Source of the DNA: Leucoraja erinacea
Lineage: Eukaryota
Direction: 5' to 3'
Assembly (NCBI RefSeq): GCF_028641065.1
Contig: NC_073384.1
Span: 39,246,001-39,310,000, forward strand
Length of the DNA stretch: 64,000 nt
This document shows, one piece after another, positions 12,783 through 24,867 of the stretch; within the stretch, counting starts at the first letter, position 1; each line of letters begins with the position of its first letter. Below the pieces are notes generated by a model, which saw only the letters and a list, made by a program, of their open reading frames with translations, ran no database searches and was not told the DNA's origin. The position numbers were made by a program, and so were the translations under genes.

Positions 12783-15579
12783 GTAGGGACAAAGATTTTA
12801 CTATAAAGCAACTACATTGGTAGAGATTTTAAGGTAGAGCTGATTTTTTTTACTTTAGAATGGTGTTGTCATTAGGTCATGAATCACAGTATAACTAATG
12901 CAGTGGTTAGGAAATAGTCATATAGCATGGAAACAAGCCCTTTAGCCGAATCTTTCTATGCCAAGATGATTGATCTATTGAAAACAGGCACTTCGGCCCA
13001 TCGAGTCCATGCTGACTATCGATCACCCATTTAACATCCCATTTTTGCTTCCAATTCCTTTACACTCGGGGTAATTTCCAATGCCAACTAACCTACAAAC
13101 CCGCAGGTCTTTGGTATATGGGAAGAAACTAGAGCACCCAGAAGAAACCCACTGAGTCTCAGGGAGAATGTGAAAAACCCATACAGATAGTAACTGAGGT
13201 CAGGATCGAACCCAGGTCTCTGGCATTTTGAGGCAGCAGCTGGATGAAAGTTTACAGTATTCAAGATGGCTTATTTTCCTTTTGATTGTCGGTCAATTCA
13301 AGCAGAAGTAAATTAATGCAATATCCCAATGTGAACATAAATGCGGGTGTGACAGCAAACATCTAGCCTTTTGAACCCAGCAGGTCAAGTAATCGGTCAG
13401 GTAACAGGTTGAGTTCAGAGAGAATAAGAGTATAAAACTTTCTGCAGAACACAATACAGTCGCAGAATACTGAATATGTATTGATTGAGACAAACGGTAG
13501 TGCAAAAATGGGGCAAGGGGATTGGGCTAAGATATTGCAGGGAAATTTCACACTACTGAAATAATAGGTAATCAAGAGAGAGAGTCAAGAGTCAATTTAA
13601 TTGTCATTTGGACCCCTGGAGGTCCAAACGAAATGCCGTTTCTGCAGCCATACATTACACACAAATAGACCCCAGACACAACATAATTACATTTAACATA
13701 AACATCCATCACATAGCTATGATGGAAGGCCAAATAAACTTATCTCTCCACTGCACTCTCCCCCCCCCGATGTCAGAGTCAATGTAATGATCACCTACAG
13801 CAACCCAAACCCTCTCCCATGCTCTGTCTATTGCCACGGTTGATTATTTATTTGGGTATCAATAATCACTAAAACATAGAAACATAGAAAATAGGTGCAG
13901 GAATAGGCTATTCGGCCCTTCAAGCCTGCACCGCCATTCAATATGATCATGGCTGATCATCCAACTCAGTATCCTGTACCTGCCTTCTCTCCATACCCCC
14001 TGATCCCTTGAACTCCCTCTTAAATATAGCCACAAGGGCCACATCTAACTCCCTCTTAAATATATCCAATGAACTGGCCTCAACTACCTTCTGTGGCAGA
14101 GACTTGTCAATATACAAAAGAAACAGTAGGACAATTTTTAATTTAGTTTTTTAGAGACATGGTGTGGAAATAGGCCCTTTGCCCCAACAACCCCATGCCG
14201 AACAGCAATCACCCGAACACTAGTTCCATCTGAGACACGAGGGACATTTTACAGAAGCCAATTAACCTACAAACCTGCACGTCTTTGGAATGTGGGAGGA
14301 AACTGGAGCACCTCAAGAAAACCCATGTGGGACAGGGAAAACGTACATACTTCATACAGACAGCACCCGAGGTCAGAATCGAACCCGGGTCTCTGGCGCT
14401 GCAAGGCAGCAACTCTACCGCTAAGCCACTGCGAGAGACAGAGGCTCAGCCCATACCTACACACCAAATACAAAGCTTGATTCAAGAACCTGAATGATTA
14501 CCAGCATTTCCCTAAATGATTACTATCATAAAAAGTTTAGGAAATCACATTTAACCAGGAATGAAAAAAATCCCTGATTTAGCCTTTGCCACCCTCACAC
14601 CATCTATTGACTCCTCCACCATCAACCACCTGCATTTATCTGCCTGATTGGGAGAGATCAAAGTGCCAGTGTACATCAACAGGGAGGAAGGGCTGGGAGT
14701 AGGCAGCAGGAGTGCAATCATTATGGAAGATATGAGAAAAAAACCCCAACCCTGAGAAAGATTCACATTGAAATCTCCAATTTTAGATAACTAACCCCTC
14801 CCCCACTCTTTTTTCCCCTCCTCACTTTGTGTCCCACCTGGACTCGCACCCATTTCTCCCCTCCCCCTTCCAGCTACAATCTTTCCTCCGGCTTCACAGT
14901 TCGCACCTCCGCTGTCCTTTTCACATGCCTTCTGTCTTTTCATTTCTGACATTTGTCCAACCATTTGCCTATCAAAACCCTCCCTCACCTGTATCCATCT
15001 ATCTCTCGCCAGGCTTTGTCCGGCCCCTCCGCTCTCCCAGCATTCTTCACCCATTCTCCCCCCACCCTATCACAACCATCTGCAGAAAGGTCCCGACCTG
15101 AAACATCACAACCCTGTTCGCCAGGGATGCTGCATGACCCGCAGAGTTACTATAGCATTTACTTCTTAGAAATATTCATTGTGGCTTCAGACTTCCCAGA
15201 CGGAGATAATCCAGATGGGATCAAGTCCTTTATCTAACAGAGAATTACTAACAAAATTCACATTACATAATGGGAGACCCTGAATAGGTCTTAGACATGT
15301 CTCCGCCACCCCCGTGCTCGTCCCCACATGACCTACTTCAAGGAACTCATCGGCCTCATTTGCCATTTTGAATGTTTGCGCTAGTAACATGTCATGTTTT
15401 CTATTGATATCCGGAAGTGACTTGCATTTAGAAAAAAAACAATTGAATTTGGAATCTTTGATAAAAAACAGAAATTGTTGGAAAAGCTAAACAAGTCAGG
15501 TAGCATCTATGGAACAAGAAACAATTAATGTTTCAGGTCAACATTTTTTGTCAGAATTTAGAAAGAGAGAACACAAATA

Positions 15580-15878
15580 GGGCGGCATGGTGGCACAGCG
15601 GTAGAGTTGCTGCCTTACAGTGCCAGACATCCGGGTTCGATCCTGACTACAGGTACTGTCTATATGGAGTTTGTATGTTGTACCCTTAACAGCGTGGGTT
15701 TTCCCTGGGTGTTCCGGTTTTTCTTCCCACACTCCAAAAACGTGCAGGTTTGTAGGTTAATTTGACTTCGGTAAAAATTGTCTCTTGTGTGTAGGATAGT
15801 GCAAGTGTAAGAGGATCGCTAGTCAGTGCGGACTCGGTGGGCCGAAGGGCTTGTTTCCACAATGTATCTCTAAACTAA
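15580..15878 (+). mobile_element. HE1/V-SINE-like tRNA-derived SINE (representative copy)
   Basis: tRNA-like head with A box TGGCACAGCGG and B box GGTTCGATCC, central GGTTTTCC...CCCACACTCCAAA domain, CR1-like tail ending in (CTAAA). Other copies near 170-430(-), 700-945(+), 3110-3352(+), 3425-3718(-), 4500-4805(+), 12980-13240(-), 14143-14432(-), 17060-17242(-), 27622-27875(+), 32505-33487(-, split), 41700-42050(+), 61790-62020(+). Confidence 0.85.
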
Positions 15879-16479
15879 AAGAAGGTGTAAACTCCGCACT
15901 GACAGTAGTTGAGGTTGACATTGAAGAGAGGGGTTGCTTGAGTCATGAGGCAGCAGCACTACTCGCTGTGCCACCATGCAAGGTTGACACATCTTTAGGA
16001 AGGTGGACACAAAATGCTGGAGTAACTCAGTGGGACAGGCAGCATCTCTGGAGAGAAGGAATGGGTGATGTTTCGGGTCGAGACCCTTCTTCAGAATGAT
16101 GTCAGGGGAGTGGGCAGGACAGAGATAGAATGTAGTCTGAGACAGTAAGACTGGTGGGAGAACTGGGAAGGGGGAGGGGGTGGAGAGAGAGAGGGATAGC
16201 AAGGGCTATTTGAAGTCTTTAGGAAGATTGCTGGCATTTGCTCACAGTTAGCCTATGGTGCTTATACATCTTCAAAGGCAATTTATTCCACAAGCTCTGT
16301 CAAGCATTGGAGAATGTTTAATGTCTCTTCAGATTGGTACAGGGTATAGGGATATCATAAATGAACATAAAAATATATCCTATTATAAATAAACTCAAAG
16401 AATGGATATGTCATACTGTTTTTATAGTATATTTTTCTAACATATCTTTATCTTTTTTTGTGTGACTTCAAATCATCAG

Positions 16480-16626
16480 CTGAACCATGAAGCCAAGATC
16501 ATGACAGTCACTGCTATCAAAAACACTGCGGCACTGACTAACATTTCTTTGATGTGGCATCACTATCTGAGACCAATGCTGAGGGAGAGATATCCAGGGT
16601 CAGCTGGTATTACTGCCGTGCGTCAG
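16480..16626 (+). CDS. qpct: QPCT-like exon 2
   Basis: cag acceptor and gtgagt donor; LNHEAKIMTVTAIKNTAALTNISLMWHHYLRPMLRERYPGSAGITAVRQ, matching the QC motif ERYPGS; 147 nt, phase 0. Confidence 0.93.
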
Positions 16627-17597
16627 GTGAGTGTAAAACACAATGAAATTAAATAACATGCTTACAAACACGAGGTGAGGGCAGCACCTGTAGTTCCTTG
16701 TGAATTAATCTTGCGTAATTGCGAAGATGGAAGACTGAGCCAATCAAGACAATTAAAATGTTCTGAAAATTCAATACAAAAATTCAATGAAGATCATTGC
16801 AGTCATTGCAGTCATTTATGAAATATTTCAACTAAATACAAATAGAAAAAACTGAAAGCCCTCATCTGGCCATTTACACAAAGTGCTAGGTGCCTGGAAT
16901 GTGCTGCGGAAACAGATCTGATAGCACAGTTTAAGAAGTACTAAGATAGACACATGAACAGGCAGGGATTGAGAGATAAAGACCACGTGGAGGCTGGGGT
17001 GTAGTTTAAATAGATACAGATATCATGTGCCAAAGACACAGTTCCTGTGTTTTAGACTTAAGACTTGAGAGAGACAGAGCGGAAACAGGCCCTTCAGGCC
17101 ACATAGTTTGCATGGCCCAGCGTTCACCCCATGCATTAGCACCATCCTACACACAAGGGACAATTTTACAATTTTACAGGCCAATTAACCTACAAAACTA
17201 TACATCTTTGGAGTGTGGGAGGCAACCAGAGCACCCAGAGAAAATACTCTGCTATTCTGTGCTATGTTCTAAATTAAAAAATAATTGTCCCTTTTGAACA
17301 CCGAATATTTCAAAGCATCTACTCACCGTAACCAAAGGTATAAATCCCTTTACTGTCATTTACTCAATTATAATTTATAATGATAAATTATAATTTATAA
17401 TTTAAAAATAAACTATAATTTACTGTTATAGTTGATGAGAACTTGAAAAATAGATTCATTTGGCCCATATCTCTCAAAAGCTTTTCTATCTATGCACTCC
17501 AACTCCCTTTTAAATGCTGTTATTGTATCTGCCTCAATTACCGCCTCTGACACCAGGTTCCAGATACTGGCCACCTTTTGTGTGAATGAGTTAATGG

Positions 17598-18531
17598 CAC
17601 AGATCAATAAATTATAACCATACTTTTGGTGAAAAATCATTGACCTGGATTTGATAAGGGAACTGGAGGTAAAGGAGCCAGTGGGAGGTGGTGACCATAA
17701 TATGATAAGTTTTAATCTACAATTTGAGAAGGAGAAGGGTAAATCGGAGGTGTCAGTATTACAGTTGAACAAAGGGGACTATGAGCCATGAGGGAGGAGC
17801 TGGCCAAAGTTGACTGGAAAGATACCCAAGCAGGGATGACAGTGGAACAACAATAGAATAGAGTAGAATAGAATAGAATGACATTTATTGTCATTTAAAC
17901 AGACATGGTTCGAACGAAATTTCGTTCCTGCAGTCATAACATTAAAAAAAAAACAAGACACACAATTAACACAATTTACACAAACATCCATCACAATGAA
18001 TCTCCAAACACCTCCTCACTGTGATGGACAGCAAAAGTCTTGTCTCTTCCCTGCTCTTTATTCTTCTACCGTGGTCAAGCAGTTCAACTGCTGCCTCGAG
18101 GCGACCGGGGCTCCCGATGTTAAAGCCCCCGGCGGGCGATGGTAAGTCCCGCGGCCGTTAAAGCCGCGCCGTGCGATGTAAGGCCCTGCTCTGGGTTGTT
18201 TTAACCCCGCGATTCGGGCGGGAGAAGTTGCCGTTGCGGGAGCTCCGAAAAGTGGTCTCCCACCAGGGACCTACAAGCTCCCGATGTTCGGAACCTCCTG
18301 CAGCCGGACGCTCCGAAGCTCTGAAGTCGGGTTGCAGCCGCGCGCCACCACAGCTCTCCACGCTCCGAAGTCTGCCAGCTCCGCGATGGTGAGTCTGCAG
18401 GCTCCATGACTGGAGCCCTCAGATTGGTTCCGGTTGGAGACCGCCGGCTCCACGATGTTAGGCCCAACGATAACGGAGACCCGACAAGGAAAAGGTCGCG
18501 TCCCCGTACAGGGAAGAGGTTAAAAAGTATA

Positions 18532-18569
<38 letters not shown>

Positions 18570-19625
18570 ACCCTCCACCCTCCCACATATACACATCTAA
18601 AAATTAAAACCAAAAATATACACCTAACGGGACAAAAAGTAAGAAAAGACGGACGGACTGCAGTCGAGCCGCTGTCACAAGGCGCCGCCACACTGAAAAT
18701 TGCAGGTATTTCTGGGAATAATACAGAAGGTGCAGGATCAGTTCATTCCAAAGAGGAAGAAAGATTCCAAGGGGTGTAATGGGCGACCTTGGCTGACAAG
18801 GGAAGTCAGGGACAGTATAAAAAAATAAAAGAGAAATATAACATAGCAAAGATGAGCGGGAAGCCAGAGGATTGGGTAAACTTTAAAGAGCAACAGAAGA
18901 TAACTAAAATGCAATACGGGGAGAAAAGTCGAGGTACGAAGCTAAGCTAGCCAAGAATATAAAAGAGGATATTAAAAGCTTCTTTAGGTATGTGAAGAGG
19001 AAAGAAATAGTTAAGACCAAAGTTGGACCATTGAAGACTGACAAAGGTGAATTTATTATAGGGAATAAGGAAATGCCAGACAAGTTGAACAGATACTTTG
19101 GATCTGTCTTCACTAAGGAGGACACAAACAATCGCCCTGATGTACTAGTGGCCAGAGGATCTAGGGTAACTGAAGGAAATGCATATTAGGCAGGAAATGG
19201 TGTTGGGTAGACTGATGGGACTGAAGGCTGATAAATCCCCAGGGCCTGGTGGTCTGCATCCCAGGGTACTTAAAGAGGTGGCTCTGGAAATTCGTGGACG
19301 CATTGATGATCATTTTCCAATGTTCTATAGATTTAAGATCAGTTCCTGTAGATTGGAGGGTCATTTAGAACGGAGATGAGGAAAAACTTTTTCACACAAT
19401 GAGTTGTGAGTCTGTGGAATTCTCTGCCTCAGAAGGCGGTGCAGGCCGGTTCTCTGGATGCTTTCAAGAGAGAGTTAGATAGAGCTCTTAAAGATAGTGG
19501 AGTCAGTGGATATGGGGAGAAGGCAGGAACGGGGTACTGATTGGGGATGATCAGCCATGATCAAATTGAATGGTGGTGCTGGCTCGAAGGGCCGAATGGC
19601 ATATTCCTGCACCTATTGTTTATTG
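17598..19625 (+). mobile_element. CR1/HER1 LINE, deleted, interrupted by a GC-rich retro-element
   Basis: ORF2 remnants (GGDHNMISF, KSFFRYVKRK, KSPGPGGLHPRVLKE) and the CR1 3' tail GGCCGAATGGC...CCTGCACCTATT. Confidence 0.85.
17852..18690 (-). mobile_element. GC-rich non-autonomous retro-element with a Rex1-like 3' tail
   Basis: (TTCTA)n tail with TGACAATAAA and ATTTCGTT motifs resembling the Rex1 tail near 970-1025; related pieces at about 13585-13780, 28800-29460 and 44030-44230; splits a CR1. Confidence 0.55.
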
Positions 19626-19896
19626 TGTATTATTTTTACTGCAGGCTTTCAACATGTTTTCTTGCATTTTCTATTTCTTTTTCAAATTTTCAGCCTCAGC
19701 AATTTTTGTTATTTGAAGAATGAAATAAATGGGTTATTAAAGAAATGAACGGAAAGGAAAGGAGTGGCATGAATTAATTGAAATGCTTTACGTAATCTGG
19801 CAAATCTCATACCAGTTTTAGTAGCTGTAAAGCTAACATAGGATCCTCCTTACTCATCTAATGTTTTTAAATCTAGCATTAATTCAGTTTTATTAA

Positions 19897-20199
<303 letters not shown>

Positions 20200-21492
20200 T
20201 GACTTAACAGATGGTAAATCAAAGGACGAGATAATTAACATTTGAATATCACATGGATTTCTGTGTCCCAGAAAGTTAACTGAACCAGCCACATATTGGT
20301 TCAAGAAATGGTTCCAGCCACACAGTGAGCTACATTCACAACTCAAGAAATTGTAGTGAGTTGTGGACGTAGCCCAGACCATCACGCAAATTAATCTCCC
20401 TTCCATTGCCTCCATCTACATTTCACACTGCCTCGGCAAGGCCACCAGCAATAATCAAGGATCAGTCTCACCCCGAACACTCCCTCTTCTCCCCTCTCCC
20501 ATCAGACAAGAGGTACAGAAGTTTGAAAATGCATACCTCCAGATTCAGGAACAGTTTCTTCCCAAAGATTGACACAGAGCACTGGAGTAACTCAGCAGGT
20601 CAGGCAACATCTCTGCAGAAAAAGGACTGGTGACGTCTCTGATCAGGACCTTTCGTCAGAGCTGCTGCCATACTGGCTGAGTTACTCCAACACTTTGTGC
20701 CTAGCTTTGTTATAAACCAACATCTGCAGTTCTTTTTTTCCAGTTGCTTCCCAGTTGTTATCAGGCAACTGAACCGTCCTCTCACCAGCTAAAGAATGGT
20801 CCTGACCTCCCACCTACCTAATTGGAGACCTTCAAACTATCTTTAATTGGACGTTATTGGACTCTTGCACTAATTGTTATATCCTCTATCCAATATCTGT
20901 ACACTGTGGACGGTTTGATTGTAATCATGTATAGTCTTTTTTGACAGGAAAACATAATGGTTTTTCACTGTACCTTGGTACACGTGACAATAATAAACTA
21001 AATTAAACTAAACTATACATGTGGAAACAAGGAACTAATACACAATACACAAAAGGACATAAAGTGCTGGAGTAACTCAGCGGGTCACGCAGCACCTCTG
21101 GAGAATGTGGATAAGTGACATTTCGGGTCGGGACCCTTCTTCAGACAATTCCAAGCCCGGAACAACATCTATCCATGTTCTCCAGCCACATACACACTAT
21201 GACCACAACAGCAGTTCAGAGGCATGGCAGCCTGCAACAAGCGACTCACCTTCTGACATTCCAAAATGTTTGCACATCTACATGGCACAAGTCAGGAGCA
21301 TGATAGATTTTCTCCGATGGCCTGGATAAGTGGTCTTTGACAAGTCAAGAAATTTGACATCATCCACCACATATTCATCTCACCACAGGCACATAGTGAT
21401 TGTATTACATACCATTTTAGTCACCCAAAATTGTTGACAGCTGCTCTCAAACTCACAATTTATATTCTCAAGAAGGACAAAGAAAGCAGGAA

Positions 21493-21747
21493 GATGGACA
21501 CAAAATGCTGGAGTAACTCAGCAGGTCAGGCTGCACCTCTGGGGAAAAGGGCTAGGTGATGTTTCGGGTCAGAACCCTTCGTCAGATTGGAGGTGTGAGG
21601 TATAGAGGTACTTCACACTCCAGACTGAAGGATTCTGATCCGAAATGTTACTTATTCCTTCCCTCCAGAGATGCTGCCTGACCTGCTGAGTTACTCCAGC
21701 ATTTTGTGTCTATCTTTGGTATAAACCTGCAGTTCCTTTCTGCGTGG
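21493..21747. repeat. Fold-back (inverted) pair of Penelope-type repeats with a 12-bp flanking duplication
   Basis: Two arms in inverted orientation; AGAAAGCAGGAA at 21481-21492 and 21748-21759. Confidence 0.8.
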
Positions 21748-22986
21748 AGAAAGCAGGAATATGTGAACACCACCACCTGCAGATTCCTCTCCATGTCATG
21801 AAGTGTCCTGACTTAGAATTTTATCCTTTGCCCTGTCTGAATCTAAATCCTGGAATTCACTCTCCAATAGCAAAGTGGTATTATCCTCACTAGAAGGACT
21901 GCCACCGTTCTAGGCAATGGCTCACCTCCTGAAGGGGAATTAGAGGGACAATAAATCGTCTTGCAAGCCCAAACCCATATCCCAAAATGGTGAACAAATA
22001 AATTAAAATCCTTATGCTTGAATTAAGCCTTCTAAAAAGTAGTTGTCGCAACATTCTTAACTATTAATATGTTCTATCTGAACATTTAAAGAATATTTAC
22101 TTTTAATCAGAGCATGCAAAATAATACCAGCACTGACAGTCAATAACAATTCTGATAATTATTACAGTAACATACATAGAAACATTGAAAACATTGCTGG
22201 CCCTTCGAGCCAGCAATGTCATTTAATATGGTCCTGGCTGATCATCCAAAATTAGTACCCCATTCTGACCTTTTCCCCATATCCCTTGATTCCCTTAGCC
22301 CTAAGAGCCAAATCTAACTCTCTCTTGTAAATCAGTTGTTGCAGAAGTCTACGTAATTATTTTAACCAATTATTAATCTTTTAAAGTTACTATCCACTAG
22401 TAGTTTTGATATTAAACCATTCACAAATATCTGATAAACACAAACCTCAGTAACCAATTTAAAGACCACATTGATGTACTGATTAATTTTCAGGGAGAAA
22501 TTTATTAACAAATGTGTAAAGAAGTTATTTACATTTTTAGCAGAGTTCAATGTCTCACTATCTACATCTTCAATCCTTTTGTCTCATTCCTTTTATCTTT
22601 TTAACTCTGGTCACCGTCCAACAGACTTCCTATCAATGCACCACCCCCCCTCCCCATCACCTGTATCAACCTATCCCCTGCCATGCTTTCACCTGGCCCT
22701 CTTCTCTTTCAGCTTTCTTCCTCCACCCCCCTAAAATCAATCTGAAGAAGGGTTATCAATCTGAAGAAATGTGCTCCAGTAATGCTGCCTGATCGGCTGA
22801 GTTACTTCAGCACTCTGTATCTTTTTCTGTAAACCAGCATCTGCAGTTCCTTGTTTCTACAGACGCATTGTTTATCAGAAGCTCATCTTATGCAGTTACA
22901 TAATGTCTTTGGCTACTAGACTAGGTCAGAATTTGGTCATTCAGTGGTGGTTCTATACTGATATTTGAATTATTCTGCTGGATTAG

Positions 22987-23178
<192 letters not shown>

Positions 23179-23547
23179 TGATGCAGGGAGAGTGTGAGAT
23201 GCAATAGTCAACACAATAGCCAAAAGATATTTCAATAGAAAGTTCAAAAAGATTAATGCTAACAATCATTGATGAGAGGAGTTCTTAAACAACAAGTAAA
23301 TCTCTCTATGCATCTTATCTATGTGATGTTAGACTACGTGTATCAGTGTATCCAGAAACTGATTGCAGAAAACTAAAATGTTACTCTAAAAATAGATACA
23401 AAGTGCTGAAGCAACTCAGTGGGTCAGGCAGCATCTCTGGAGAACATGGACAGGTGAGGTTTTGGTTGCAATCCTTCTTTGGATTGATTGTTGTAGAAGG
23501 AGAAAACTGGAAGAGAGGTGGTGGTGGGACAGAGCCTGGCTATATTA

Positions 23548-24085
23548 AGGGCCTGCCCACTATGGCGACCTTATTTGTGAGTTTAGGAGAGTTTGCGCTC
23601 GCCACAAGCTGGCAGCATGGTCGACACGTGGTCGTAGGTGGTCACTGGTAAGTCTCCTTCATGGTCGAGAGGACTTCCCTCATAGTGGTTCCTACTCGCG
23701 GCCTCAGTTTGGTCGAGGAAAATTTTTCAACAAGCTGAAAATTTTTCTGCGAGTAAAAATTGGTCGGCATGGAGAAAATCAATACTTTTTTACTCGTAGG
23801 TTTAGTCGAAGTAGGTCTTAGTAGGTCGGCATGTTATTGGAGGTAATCTAAGGTAATCAAAGGTAATCAAAGGTATTCGTAGATAGTGATAGATAGTCAT
23901 AGATAGTGTTAGATAAGCTGGTCGAAGCTAGTCTTCAACATAGTCGAAGGAGGTCTTCTACACAGTCGAAGGAGGTCGTAGGAGGTGTTCGACTTAGTCG
24001 AAGGATGCCAAATTTTCGGCGATACAACAGGATCATGACACTCTCCTAAATTCGCAAATAAGGTCGCTATAGTGGGACAGGCCCT
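23548..24085. mobile_element. PIF/Harbinger-type MITE
   Basis: About 45-bp TIRs AGGGCCTG(T)CCCACTATRGCGACCTTATTTGYGARTTTAGGAGAGT; TTA/CTA flanks; internal short repeats and a palindrome; no ORF. Confidence 0.8.
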
Positions 24086-24867
24086 CTACTCTGCTGGTTT
24101 ATTGAGGAAGTTTATTGATCCAATAAGTCCAATGAAATGTTGAACTGAGCCCATCTGTTTTCTTTGATAAAGAAAATCCTATAGCATTATTCTTGTATAA
24201 AAACCAAGGAACCAACCAAAGTATATTGATACCATCACTAAATTTGGTTACTATCTATTACTATTGGGGTTAGCTGTGCACAAAATGATCACTGCTTATT
24301 TTGTTACAACAGTGAAGAACACTTCAAAAGTAATTCATTATTGTAAAGTTCTTTTAGGTGTCTAGACAGAGATGTGTTGACATACTTTTACACACATGAA
24401 GTCAATGTGTGTAACCCATGCCACTGTGAGGTCAGCAAGCTTGGTTGTAAGATCAAACTATCTACTTATTAGCGGTGAGTTCAGAGGTCTAGTTATAACC
24501 AAACCAGATTAGAATATCAATTTAATATTTAGGTAGTTTTGGAGTGTATGACTAATGGCTAGTTTGGAATTTCTTTATTAACAATAACAATTATTAACAA
24601 TTTATTTATTAACAATTAACAATAGCACCGCATTGGATTTCTCATATTACTATTAGTGTGAGATTGATGTTTTATTTATGCTGGTGTAAGATTAGAATGT
24701 CTGTATTAACAATAGCACGAAGTAGCAGTGACTGTTTAATAGTAATGTGAGATTAAACTACATTTGTTGCTGTTTTCACTATTTGGTTGCCTGACTTGTG
24801 TGACAAATTTGCAGATGATACTGCTGTATGTTAGATCAGTATTAGTATTCTGGACCATGGTCATTAG

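Noticed and set aside
15580-15660. tRNA-like sequences
   Set aside because: These are SINE heads continuing into SINE bodies; many degenerate copies and no complete cloverleaf
18532-18570. Long poly-C runs (also near 38470, 50095 and 59315) giving poly-Pro/Gly ORFs
   Set aside because: Homopolymers of uncertain length, mostly inside repeats; no coding evidence
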